From Bacteroidetes bacterium OLB11 (GTDB taxonomy: Bacteria > Bacteroidota > Bacteroidia > Chitinophagales > Chitinophagaceae), in contig LNFQ01000007.1 in NCBI GenBank assembly GCA_001567165.1, positions 5,715 to 69,714 of the forward strand: a DNA stretch of 64,000 nt, read 5' to 3'. This document shows, in pieces, positions 39,187 through 48,792 of the stretch (positions are counted from its first letter, which is position 1; every line of letters starts with the position of its first letter). The translations under genes were made by a program, and so were the position numbers. The notes beneath the pieces were generated by a model. The model did no database searches and was not told where the DNA came from. It saw only the letters and a list, made by a program, of their open reading frames with translations.

Positions 39187-41822
39187 AAAAACTTTACAAC
39201 ACACTTCAAAGTGAAACAGAGCAAATCGATTGCCTGATAGAAATGTCTCTCGAAATTCGATATCAAGATACCGATGAAGCATTGGTGCTTACAAAAGAAA
39301 TTTTAGAACGTTCTCAAAAAATAAATTACATCAAGGGTACCGGAAGAGGGCTCAATAATAAAGGGGCTATTTGTTGGCTGAAAGGAGAATACAATCTTGG
39401 ACTGGAAACACTTAGAGAAGCGCTTGTCATTGCAAAAGACAATCAAATAGAAGATTTGAAAGCCCGTATCTATAACAACATGGGTAATATTTATCGTGAT
39501 TTAGGCGACCTTTCCACTGCTTTTAAATACTATCAATGGGCTCTCGAAATCAATCAAGAACTGGAAGACGAACTCGCCCAATCCGCAGTGATGATGAGCA
39601 TTTCCAATATCCATTTTGATTTATTCGATTATGATAATGCTTTAGAATATGCAAACAGATGTTTGAAAATTTTTCTAAAATATGAAGACCACAAACGGCT
39701 CGTTACAATTTATCACAGTCTTGGGAATATTTATCTAAAAAAAGAAGATAAAGAAAATGCATTGGTTCATTTCAAAAAAAGTCTTGAATTATCAGAGCCA
39801 AACACAATCGGGAATATGCTTGCAAACAGCGGAATCGGAAAAGTATATTACAAACAAAAAATATTTGACAAAGCAAGAAAATATCTCAATAAAGTATTAG
39901 AACAATCAGAAGAATTATCTAGCATTGAAGGCACCATCATTTCCCATTTTTACTTAGGTCGAATTTTATTTGATGAAGGACATTATGATCAAGCACTTCA
40001 ATACTTCAATACCGCCTACGTTTTAGCAAATGAACATTCTCGAAAACATGATGTGATGAGCATCCATGAGATGTATGCTAAAGTGTATGAGCGAATTGGA
40101 AATATTCAAGAGGCTTATGAAAACTTAAAAAAATATGAACAACTAAAAGATTCCATTTTCCAACAAAATACTTTTGACAAATTAAGAAACTTACAAATCA
40201 GAGGTGAAATTGATTACGCAATCAAAGAAAAAGAATTTGCAGAAAAAAGTGCAAAACTCAAGCAACAATTCATCACCAATATGAGCCACGAAATCAGAAC
40301 TCCAATGAATGCAATCGTTGGAATGACAAGGCTTCTAAAAGAAAAAGAACCAAGAGAAGATCAATTAAAATACTTAAATGCCATCTCTCAAAGTGCAGAT
40401 AATTTACTCGTAATTATCAATGACATTCTCGACTTTTCTAAAATTGAAGCTGGTAAAATCAACATCGAACAAATCGACTTTTCTTTGAAAGGAATTTTGA
40501 AAAACGTCGTGCAATTGCTCCGTTTCAAAGCAGAAGAAAAAGGAATTACCATTCGATTTGATATTGGTGCAAATATCCCTGATACACTGATTGGGGACCC
40601 AACAAGAGTTTCACAAATATTAATGAACCTTGCAGGAAACTCCGTAAAATTCACAGAAAAAGGAGGAATTCAAATTATTTGCGAGCTCATTCATGCTAAT
40701 CAAACAGAAAATAAAATTGCGTTTCATGTCATTGATACCGGCATTGGAATTTCAGAAGAATATGTTCAAAAAATATTTGAAAGCTTCACTCAAGCAGGCA
40801 CTGATGTTGCCCGAAAATATGGAGGAACGGGATTAGGGCTTACCATATCAAAACAACTCGTTGAATTAATGAATGGCACAATCGAAGTAAAAAGCAAACT
40901 AGGAGAAGGCACGACCTTTACTTTCACAATTCCATTTCAAAGCGGCGACCAAGCACATATTCTAAATAAAGAAACTTTCACTTATTCCGATCATGATATT
41001 GACATCTTAAATAAAACAAAACTCCTCATAGTTGACGACAATGAATTTAATACTATTTTGGCCGTAGATACTCTAAAATCAATAGCACCACATATTCAAA
41101 TCACAGAAGCAGCAAGTGGCCTCAAAGCAATTGAAGAAGTCAATACCCAACCTTTCGACATTGTATTAATGGATATACAAATGCCCTTTATGAATGGTAT
41201 AGAAGCCACAAAACTCATTCGCGAAAATGGAAGCCCATCCGTTCGCAATCTCAAAATATTAGCGATGACAGCCAATGTAATGAAAAATGATATTGAAAAA
41301 TATTTAAAATCGGGCATGAATGACCATATTCCAAAACCGTTTCAAAAAGAAGAATTACTTCGGAAAATATTAAAACATATTGATAAAGAAAAAATAGCAA
41401 CCCGTGAAATAATCACAACGGCAGATAACGCTGAAACAGAGGAATCATCATCATCACAGCCAACACTCGCAATCCCTGACGATACTAAAATTACAGACCC
41501 ATCTTTTCTTATTTCTTTTGCTGGAAATAATATTGATAAACAAAAAAAGTATATCAATATTTTCTTAGACAGTGCTCCAAAATTGTTAGCACAAATTGGA
41601 ATTGGGTTAGATGAAAAGAATTTTGAAAATGTGAAAATATCTGCTCATTCTCTCAAAACTCAACTTAAATACATGGGTGTAAAAGAAGAGCTATCTCATG
41701 TTTATGAATTAGAACAAATGGCCTCTCAAGAAAATAGACAACAGGAAATGCAACATTTATATAGCAATCTAAAAGTAGTTTGTGAAAAAGCGTTTAATGA
41801 ATTAAGAACATTTATTCAATAA
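39159..41822 (+). CDS. Hybrid sensor histidine kinase: TPR array, HisKA, HATPase, receiver and HPt
   Basis: 887 aa with no TM segment. It has an N-terminal TPR array, the H-box FITNMSHEIRTPMN, the G-boxes DTGIGI and GGTGLGL, a receiver (LIVDDNEFN..DIVLMDIQMP..K) and a C-terminal HPt (ISAHSLKTQLKYMG). Confidence 0.85.
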   Translation: MYSDKYYELKKLYNTLQSETEQIDCLIEMSLEIRYQDTDEALVLTKEILERSQKINYIKGTGRGLNNKGAICWLKGEYNLGLETLREALVIAKDNQIEDLKARIYNNMGNIYRDLGDLSTAFKYYQWALEINQELEDELAQSAVMMSISNIHFDLFDYDNALEYANRCLKIFLKYEDHKRLVTIYHSLGNIYLKKEDKENALVHFKKSLELSEPNTIGNMLANSGIGKVYYKQKIFDKARKYLNKVLEQSEELSSIEGTIISHFYLGRILFDEGHYDQALQYFNTAYVLANEHSRKHDVMSIHEMYAKVYERIGNIQEAYENLKKYEQLKDSIFQQNTFDKLRNLQIRGEIDYAIKEKEFAEKSAKLKQQFITNMSHEIRTPMNAIVGMTRLLKEKEPREDQLKYLNAISQSADNLLVIINDILDFSKIEAGKINIEQIDFSLKGILKNVVQLLRFKAEEKGITIRFDIGANIPDTLIGDPTRVSQILMNLAGNSVKFTEKGGIQIICELIHANQTENKIAFHVIDTGIGISEEYVQKIFESFTQAGTDVARKYGGTGLGLTISKQLVELMNGTIEVKSKLGEGTTFTFTIPFQSGDQAHILNKETFTYSDHDIDILNKTKLLIVDDNEFNTILAVDTLKSIAPHIQITEAASGLKAIEEVNTQPFDIVLMDIQMPFMNGIEATKLIRENGSPSVRNLKILAMTANVMKNDIEKYLKSGMNDHIPKPFQKEELLRKILKHIDKEKIATREIITTADNAETEESSSSQPTLAIPDDTKITDPSFLISFAGNNIDKQKKYINIFLDSAPKLLAQIGIGLDEKNFENVKISAHSLKTQLKYMGVKEELSHVYELEQMASQENRQQEMQHLYSNLKVVCEKAFNELRTFIQ

Positions 41823-41844
41823 ATCAATCATTAAAAAAAAGAGA

Positions 41845-42642
41845 TTATTCCCCTTTGAATATTGGATTTCGTTTTTCTAAAAATGCACGAACTCCCTCTT
41901 GGTAATCGTAAGTCTGAGATGCTTTCACTTGAATCTCCCCTTCGAGTTTTAATTGCTGTTCCAAATTATTTTGGAATGACTGATTCAATAAATATTTTGT
42001 AAGAGCAATTCCCTTCGTAGGCATTGTAGCCATGGTTTCAGCTAGCTTAGTACTTTCAGCCACAAAAGAAGCATCACTAAAATATTGATAAATCATTCCC
42101 ATTTTTTCAGCATTTTCAGCACTCACTTTATCACCCAACATCATCAATGCAGATGCTTTTTGAAGTCCAATAATTCTTGGTAGAAAAAATGTACCACCAC
42201 TATCCGGGATCAATCCAATTTTACTAAAAGCTTGGATAAAGGAAGCACTTTGTGTTGCTACCACCACATCACCGGCTAAAGCAATATTTGCTCCGGCTCC
42301 GGCAGCCACTCCATTCACAGCACACAAAATCGGTTTGTTCAAATTTCTCATTTTTAAAATAATCGGATTATAATGCTCTTCTACAATTTGCAATAGCTCA
42401 ATCCCATTATCATCAATGGCTTCAGCCAAATCTTGTCCTGCACAAAAAGCCTTCCCATTTCCGGTAAGATACACACAACGCGCATCAGCACTCTGCTCAG
42501 CTTCATCTAATTTTTCCAACAAAGCAAAAGCCATTTCTCTACAAAAGCTATTGAATTTTTCAGGACGATTTAGAGTGATAAAAGCCACTCCATTTTTTTT
42601 TCTCAAAAAGAATAAAAGACATAGAATAATTATTTTGTTCAA
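41845..42642 (-). CDS. Enoyl-CoA hydratase/isomerase (crotonase) family protein, PaaG-like
   Basis: NGVAFITLNRPEKFNSF, FCAGQDL and GVAAGAGANIAL are crotonase motifs. The N-terminal 16 codons of the track ORF look spurious. The alternative start MSFILFEKK (ATG at 42622) is out of frame across the T9 run at 42593-42601. Confidence 0.8.
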   Translation of the reverse strand: MNKIIILCLLFFLRKKNGVAFITLNRPEKFNSFCREMAFALLEKLDEAEQSADARCVYLTGNGKAFCAGQDLAEAIDDNGIELLQIVEEHYNPIILKMRNLNKPILCAVNGVAAGAGANIALAGDVVVATQSASFIQAFSKIGLIPDSGGTFFLPRIIGLQKASALMMLGDKVSAENAEKMGMIYQYFSDASFVAESTKLAETMATMPTKGIALTKYLLNQSFQNNLEQQLKLEGEIQVKASQTYDYQEGVRAFLEKRNPIFKGE

Positions 42643-42786
42643 ATATAATCAACTCCTACAAAATCGAATGTGTAATTTGAATTTTAAAAATCAAGAGCGA
42701 TAAATATTTTTAATAATATCAAAAAGAAAAGGAACAATTCAAAATCCTTTTGCATTTTTGTATTCTTAATTGAAAAAATAATTGCA

Positions 42787-43956
42787 ATGAATTCAAAATA
42801 CAAATCCAGAGGAGTGTCTGCACAAAAAGAAGACGTTCATGAAGCTATTAAAAATTTAGACAAAGGATTATTCCCAAATGCGTTTTGCAAAATACTTCCT
42901 GACTACATTGCAAATGACGAAGATTATTGCTGTATCATGCACGCCGACACTGCAGGAACAAAGTCTGTATTGGCTTATCTATATTGGAAAGAGACCGGCG
43001 ATTTGTCTGTATGGAAAGGGATTGCTCAAGATGCGATGGTGATGAATATTGATGATATGATTTGTGCAGGTGCCACCAACCATTTTGTGTTATCATCTAC
43101 CATTGCAAGAAACAAAAATTTAATCCCAAAAGAAGTGCTGAGTGCTGTTATCAATGGTTGTGAAGAGTTAATACAAGAGTGGAAAAAATTTGGCATTCAT
43201 ATTCACAGTGCAGGTGGTGAAACGGCAGATGTAGGAGATGTAGTGCGTACGATTGATGTTGGATACACTGCTTTTGCCCGATTCAAAAAAGAAAATGTAA
43301 TAAAGATTGATCCCCAACCTGGTGATTTAATTGTTGGATTTGCTTCTTATGGTAAAGCCTCTTATGAAACTGAATATAATAGTGGTATTGGTTGCAACGG
43401 ATTAACAAGTGCAAGACATGATATTTTAAACAAAACTTATTCTAAAAATTTTCCTGAAAGTTATGATCCAAAAATTCCAGAAGATGTGATGTATATAGGC
43501 AATCATCGATTGACAGACAAGGCAGAAAACGGGATTGAAATCGGTAAAATGATTTTATCTCCTACTCGCACTTTTGCCCCGATTATTAAAGAAGTTGTTG
43601 AAAAGCACCACGCCTCTATTCATGGCATTGTTCATAACACAGGTGGTGCTCACACAAAGAGTTTGAAATATTTTGATACCAATGTTCAATTAATCAAAGA
43701 TCATTTATTTACACCTCCCCTCATTTTTCATTTAATTCAGAAAGCGTCAAACACTTCAATCGAAGAAATGTATCAAGTATTTAATATGGGAACACGATTG
43801 GAGTTATATGCAAGTAATCAAGCGGCGGCTGAAGATATTATTACAATTGCTCAAAAATATGATATAGAAGCACAGATTATTGGACGAGTAGAAAAAAGCA
43901 ATCAAAAAGGAGTATCGCTAATCGCTTATAATGGCCAAGAAATCTCTTACCATTAA
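42787..43956 (+). CDS. purM: Phosphoribosylformylglycinamidine cyclo-ligase (AIR synthase), long Bacteroidota type
   Basis: 389 aa. The start MNSKYKSRGVSAQKEDVHEAIKNLDKGLFPNAFCKI and the AIRS N- and C-domain layout fit this family. Confidence 0.75.
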   Translation: MNSKYKSRGVSAQKEDVHEAIKNLDKGLFPNAFCKILPDYIANDEDYCCIMHADTAGTKSVLAYLYWKETGDLSVWKGIAQDAMVMNIDDMICAGATNHFVLSSTIARNKNLIPKEVLSAVINGCEELIQEWKKFGIHIHSAGGETADVGDVVRTIDVGYTAFARFKKENVIKIDPQPGDLIVGFASYGKASYETEYNSGIGCNGLTSARHDILNKTYSKNFPESYDPKIPEDVMYIGNHRLTDKAENGIEIGKMILSPTRTFAPIIKEVVEKHHASIHGIVHNTGGAHTKSLKYFDTNVQLIKDHLFTPPLIFHLIQKASNTSIEEMYQVFNMGTRLELYASNQAAAEDIITIAQKYDIEAQIIGRVEKSNQKGVSLIAYNGQEISYH

Positions 43957-43990
43957 TCTAAAATTATAAGTTTGATTAGTTATAAAAATA

Positions 43991-44341
43991 TTATTGTTCT
44001 AGTTCAAAATAAGCAATGATATGTTGCTTGAGCAAAATCTCTTGTTCAACCAACCCGCTTGCTGGCGGAGATTGTACCATTTTATAATGAGGCCAACCAT
44101 CTTCATCATGGCCATCATATTCATAATAACCACTTTGAGCAAGCAAAGAGCAAGTGGCAATGTGCATTAAATCTTGTTTTTGTTCTTTCGTGAAAACATT
44201 TTCGGGAAGTCGTCCCAGTTCATTAATTCCGATTAAATATAGAATAGCTTCCATATCGGGCTTTTTACCAAAACGATCAATAAAGATTTGTTCTACTTTT
44301 TCCCATTTTGCTTGGAATTCTAATTCTTCAATCAAATTCAT
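43991..44341 (-). CDS. Conserved hypothetical protein
   Basis: A 116-aa ORF with clean boundaries and no recognisable motif. Confidence 0.4.
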   Translation of the reverse strand: MNLIEELEFQAKWEKVEQIFIDRFGKKPDMEAILYLIGINELGRLPENVFTKEQKQDLMHIATCSLLAQSGYYEYDGHDEDGWPHYKMVQSPPASGLVEQEILLKQHIIAYFELEQ

Positions 44342-44425
44342 GTAGCAAAAATAAGGTGATATTTTATATTTAACTATAAAAGAAAATCAGAGAACAACTT
44401 CAAACACTAAGTGCAGATTATTTTG

Positions 44426-44433
44426 TAAATTTG
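44426..44433 (+). promoter_or_regulatory. Candidate -7 box TAAATTTG upstream of the DUF4920-like gene
   Basis: TAnnTTTG match 18 nt before the ATG at 44451. Confidence 0.35.
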
Positions 44434-44450
44434 CATTTTAAAATTTATCC

Positions 44451-44946
44451 ATGAGAAATTATTTTTTTATCGCATTTATCTTCCTCGCTTTACAGTCTTG
44501 TGAAAATGCAAATCAATCCAAATCAAAAGCCGATTCACAAAGTGAAACCGCTACTGCACAAAATTTTTTATGGTGAAAAAATATCAAGCGATCATGCTTT
44601 TCCTGTTGAAGAATTAAAAAGTAAAATGGGGGAAAAAGATGAATTGGAATGTAAAGTCAGTGGAGTGGTGGATGCGGTATGCCAAAAGAAAGGATGCTGG
44701 ATGGAGCTGAAAAATGAAAAAGGAGAAAATTTGCGAGTGACTTTTAAAGATTATGAATTTTTTGTGCCATTAGATTGCAAAGGGAAAACCGCCATCGTGG
44801 ATGGAATTGCAAAAGTTGAAGTTACTTCCATACAAGATTTAAAAGAATATGCAAAAGACGATGGACAATCTCAAGAAGAAATTAATGCAATTAAAGAACC
44901 TTTAGAGGAATTAGTTTTTGAAGCCAAAGGGGTCATTCTTCAATAG
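44451..44946 (+). CDS. DUF4920-like lipoprotein; signal peptide out of frame as assembled
   Basis: The ATG at 44451 encodes MRNYFFIAFIFLALQSCENANQSKSKADSQSETATAQNF (a lipobox). It joins YGEKISSDHAFPVEEL.. (track ORF 44500-44946) only if the T6 run at 44564-44569 is read as T5. Confidence 0.6.
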
Positions 44947-44954
44947 CACGGAAA

Positions 44955-45416
44955 ATGATTAAGCAAATTTCATTCATCACTATTTCATTGTTGATTTTGA
45001 TAAATTCATGCAATCAACAAGAGAGCAATTCAAATACGGATACAAATACCGAACAAAAAACAATCAAAGATCCAAACAATCCTAAGCCAATGGCCCTCAT
45101 GATGCGTAAGCTAGCAAGCAATTGCGACAGCATGAAATCTAAAATAAATAAAGGTGAAATCGTTGACAGTTTTTCATATCCGATTATGCCTTTTTGGTCT
45201 GCCGAGCCTACCGATTCCTCAGTATTAGAGCCATTATTTTTTGACAATGCTAAACAATTTCAATTGGCATATCAAAGACTTATGCAAAATAAATCATCTC
45301 AAAAGGAAAACTATACAACCTTGATTAATGCTTGCATTCATTGCCATACAAGCTATTGTAGTGGACCGTTAAAGAAAATCAGAAAATTGACTCTCGATTA
45401 TAATGCAACAAAATAA
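44955..45416 (+). CDS. Lipoprotein with a single CXXCH motif (possible c-type haem site)
   Basis: 153 aa with lipobox LILINSC and a CIHCH motif near the C-terminus. Confidence 0.4.
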   Translation: MIKQISFITISLLILINSCNQQESNSNTDTNTEQKTIKDPNNPKPMALMMRKLASNCDSMKSKINKGEIVDSFSYPIMPFWSAEPTDSSVLEPLFFDNAKQFQLAYQRLMQNKSSQKENYTTLINACIHCHTSYCSGPLKKIRKLTLDYNATK

Positions 45417-47080
45417 TGAGAATACTTATCATTTTACTGTTCGTTCTTCCACTTCGCATAGATGCTACTATTAAGCTTTTGCACGATAATTGGATATTTA
45501 AAAATCAGGATGGAGAAACATGGTTAAAAGCAAAAGTACCTGGAACAATTCATACCGATTTATTAGAAAACAAAATTATCGAAGATCCTTTTTGGAGAGA
45601 TAATGAAAAAGAACTGCAATGGGTGAGTACGCTAGATTGGGAATATAAAACCGCCTTTCAACTTTCATACAAAGAACTTAATTCTAAAAAAATTATTTTA
45701 CAATTTGATGGAATCGATACATACGCTGATGTTTACTTAAATGGCGAAAAAATATTAGAGGCAAACAATATGTTTCGCACTTACAAAATAGATGTAAAAA
45801 ATAAAATTAAAAGTCAAAATATATTACATCTCGTTTTTCATAGCATTGAAAAAGTGGCAGATAGTTTGGCGGCTCAAAGACCATTAAAATTACCATGTGA
45901 AAACAATCGAAATATGGTGCGAAAAGCACAATATCATTTTGGTTGGGATTGGACTCCACACCTTGTCCCATGCGGAGTTTGGAGAAGTGTGAAATTACTT
46001 CTTGACGAAGAAGATAAGGAGTCAGTTGCCGCTTATAGCCCCGTGAAATTAATCCAACAAAACGATTCGATTGGGCAATCATTTTATTTTACAGTCAATG
46101 GGAAACCAACCTATATGAAAGGGGCAAACTGGGTGCCGGCTGATGTGTTTCTTCCACGCATTACAAAAGAAAAATATCGAGATTTATTGATAGCTGCAAA
46201 AGAAGCTCATTTTAATATGTTGAGAGTTTGGGGTGGTGGCATTTACGAATCTGATGATTTTTATGACCTCTGTGATTCGCTAGAAATCTATGTTTGGCAA
46301 GATTTTATGTTTGCAGGAGCTATTTATCCAGCTGATAAAAATTCGTTAGAAAATATCAAACAAGAAGCCATTGATAATATTTTACGTTTAAGAAAGCATC
46401 CTTGTATTGTATTGTGGTGTGGCAATAATGAGATAGATGAAGCATGGAATAATTGGGGTTGGCAAAAACAATTTAAAATCAATGGCAGAGATAGTTTGAT
46501 TTTATGGAATGAATATCATAAAATTTTCAATGAACTACTTCCTTCATTAGTAGCACAATATGATAGCGGTCGAGCTTACATTCCTTCTACACCACTATAC
46601 GGCTGGGGTAGAGCAAAAAGTATGACCCATGGAGATAGCCATTATTGGGGAATGTGGTGGGGAAGACAACCCATTAATATTATGAAAGAAAAAGTGCCTC
46701 GATTTGCAAGTGAGTTTGGTATGCAAGCATTACCGAATATAGAAAGCTACCCAAACTTCTTATTACCTCAAGACTATCATATTCAATCAAATGCTTTAAA
46801 GGTGCATCAAAAATTCAAAAATGGGTATGAAATCATTGAAGAATATTTAAACAGCGAATCCATCCCTTATCAGGATTTTGAAAGTTTTGTAGCTGCTTCA
46901 CAAGAGTTACAATGCAAAGCGATTGAAGTATCTCTCAATGCACAACTTCATTCAAATGCTTACTGCATGGGTTCTTTATGGTGGCAGTTAAATGATTGTT
47001 GGCCTGCATGTAGTTGGAGTCTGATTGATTATTATGGCAACAAAAAGAAAGGTTATTATATGATACGAAAAAATGTTTGA
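45416..47080 (+). CDS. Glycoside hydrolase family 2, beta-mannosidase-like (short form)
   Basis: Signal peptide followed by LHDNWIFKN..WLKAKVPGTIHTDLL, then the acid/base motif WCGNNEIDEAW and the nucleophile motif FASEFGMQA. At 554 aa it lacks the usual C-terminal Ig-like domains. Confidence 0.75.
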   Translation: MRILIILLFVLPLRIDATIKLLHDNWIFKNQDGETWLKAKVPGTIHTDLLENKIIEDPFWRDNEKELQWVSTLDWEYKTAFQLSYKELNSKKIILQFDGIDTYADVYLNGEKILEANNMFRTYKIDVKNKIKSQNILHLVFHSIEKVADSLAAQRPLKLPCENNRNMVRKAQYHFGWDWTPHLVPCGVWRSVKLLLDEEDKESVAAYSPVKLIQQNDSIGQSFYFTVNGKPTYMKGANWVPADVFLPRITKEKYRDLLIAAKEAHFNMLRVWGGGIYESDDFYDLCDSLEIYVWQDFMFAGAIYPADKNSLENIKQEAIDNILRLRKHPCIVLWCGNNEIDEAWNNWGWQKQFKINGRDSLILWNEYHKIFNELLPSLVAQYDSGRAYIPSTPLYGWGRAKSMTHGDSHYWGMWWGRQPINIMKEKVPRFASEFGMQALPNIESYPNFLLPQDYHIQSNALKVHQKFKNGYEIIEEYLNSESIPYQDFESFVAASQELQCKAIEVSLNAQLHSNAYCMGSLWWQLNDCWPACSWSLIDYYGNKKKGYYMIRKNV

Positions 47081-47234
47081 GCCTAATAAATAATTTATAG
47101 AAACATAAATCCTCGCCAGAACAACAATATTGAACTGAGCAAAAATGTAATCAAAATTTTAAAAAATTGCTTTTAATAAGTCTCTATAACTTTACACATC
47201 AAAATTATAAACAAATCTTATGTGTAATTTAGGT

Positions 47235-47573
47235 TTAATACATCAACTGTTTTTTATTACTTTTTTTCCAGCCGGCATCACTTTTTGAAGTTGAAAAATA
47301 GATGACTAAATCAGCATCACTTTTGTATTTTGTAAAGTATATTTTCTTTTTAGCATCACTTTTATAGTCAGTAAAAAACCAAACACCATCATTGCCACTT
47401 GCATCACTTTTGTATTTTTGTTTTATAGACTATTAAGTCAGCGTCGCTTTTATAATCAGTTACAAATACTTTTTACATTTGCGTCGCTTTTTATTATCGC
47501 ATGAATAAATAACTTGTGAATTTGCAAAATGAACTGTACTTGAAAAGAGTAGAGCAAAAATAATTTTTTTCAT
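47235..47573 (-). pseudogene. Small secreted KSDA-repeat protein gene; three frame breaks as assembled
   Basis: The ATG at 47573 encodes signal peptide MKKIIFALLFSSTVHFANSQ. Removing one A from each of three coding-strand A5 runs yields a 112-aa protein. Its sequence reads ..DNKSDANVKVFVTDYKSDADLIVYKTKYKSDASGNDGVWFFTDYKSDAKKKIYFTKYKSDADLVIYFSTSKSDAGWKKSNKKQLMY. The annotated ATG and TAA are in the same frame (339 nt). Confidence 0.5.
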
Positions 47574-47640
47574 AAGATTAATTGTTGTTTTTAAATGATT
47601 TTAAAATATATGATATAGTTACAAATTTTTAAAATTGAAA

Positions 47641-48624
47641 CTATTTAACTGCATACATTATATCTTTCACTGCCTTGATTGTTTTAGGCACATCGGGTAA
47701 GTAAGCAGCCACTAAGTTAGCGGCGTAGTGCATACTAGAATCTGCACTGCAAACTCTTCTCACAGGAGCGTCTAAATAATCAAAAGCATCTTTTTGCACT
47801 CGATAAGTAATCTCAGTTGAAATGCCACCATAAGGCCATTGCTCTTCTACTACCACAAGCCTATTTGTCTTTTTAACTGAACGAATAATTGTTTCAATAT
47901 CAAGTGGGCGTATTGTTCTCAAATCAATTACTTCGGCACTAATCCCATCTTTACTTAGCTCCTCAGCAGCTGCCAGAGCCACTTTCATTGTTTTGTTATA
48001 TGAAACGATTGTAACATCATTCCCTGCTCTTTTAATGTCCGCTTTTCCGATTGGGATTAAATATTCCTCTTCAGGAACAGGACCAATGTCGCCATACATC
48101 ACTTCACTTTCCATAAAAATAACAGGGTCATTATCACGAATGGCACTTTTTAAAAGTCCTTTGGCATCATAAGGATTCGAAACTGAAATCACTTTGAGTC
48201 CTGGAATATTTGCATACCAGCTTTCAAAAGCAGTTGAGTGTTGAGCTGCAAGTTGACCTGCTGACCCATTAGGACCTCTAAATACGATAGGACATCCGAA
48301 ATGACCACCACTCATTGCAAGCATTTTGGATGCATGATTAAATATTTGATCGAGTGGTAAAACGGCAAAATTCCATGTCATAAATTCAACAATCGGGCGA
48401 AGCCCATTGCTTGCGGCTCCCACTGCAATTGATGCAAATCCTAATTCAGCAATCGGGGTGTCTATTATTCTTTTGGGGCCAAATTCTTCAAGCATTCCTT
48501 GGCTCACTTTGTAAGCTCCATTATATTCTGCCACTTCTTCTCCCATTAAAAACACGTTCTTGTCAAGTCTCATTTCTTCTTGCATTGCTTCTCTTAAAGC
48601 CTGCCTAAAAGCAATTTCTCTCAT
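47641..48624 (-). CDS. pdhB: 2-oxoacid (pyruvate-type) dehydrogenase E1 component, beta subunit
   Basis: 327 aa. MREIAFRQALREAMQEEM..VFLMGEEV..DTPIAE is a transketolase-like pyrimidine-binding and C-terminal domain pattern. Confidence 0.8.
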   Translation of the reverse strand: MREIAFRQALREAMQEEMRLDKNVFLMGEEVAEYNGAYKVSQGMLEEFGPKRIIDTPIAELGFASIAVGAASNGLRPIVEFMTWNFAVLPLDQIFNHASKMLAMSGGHFGCPIVFRGPNGSAGQLAAQHSTAFESWYANIPGLKVISVSNPYDAKGLLKSAIRDNDPVIFMESEVMYGDIGPVPEEEYLIPIGKADIKRAGNDVTIVSYNKTMKVALAAAEELSKDGISAEVIDLRTIRPLDIETIIRSVKKTNRLVVVEEQWPYGGISTEITYRVQKDAFDYLDAPVRRVCSADSSMHYAANLVAAYLPDVPKTIKAVKDIMYAVK

Positions 48625-48792
48625 TTTATTTCGTTTTATATTTTGTAAAAATAAGATGTTTCAATCTTATTTTCACTTAAAAGACCTTTTATTTTATTTA
48701 TCTCCTTTGGTTGTTTTTTTAAATGGGAAATTATTTTTTTTGCCTTTTCTAATTCAAAATTCTTTCATTCCTTCCAATACTGTTTTTCTTTT

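Noticed and set aside
47275-47491. The regularly spaced 11-bp repeat array could be mistaken for a mini-CRISPR or a regulatory binding-site array.
   Set aside because: The repeats are only 11 bp and are imperfect. No cas genes are nearby. The spacing and phase are fully explained by in-frame KSDA coding repeats on the minus strand.
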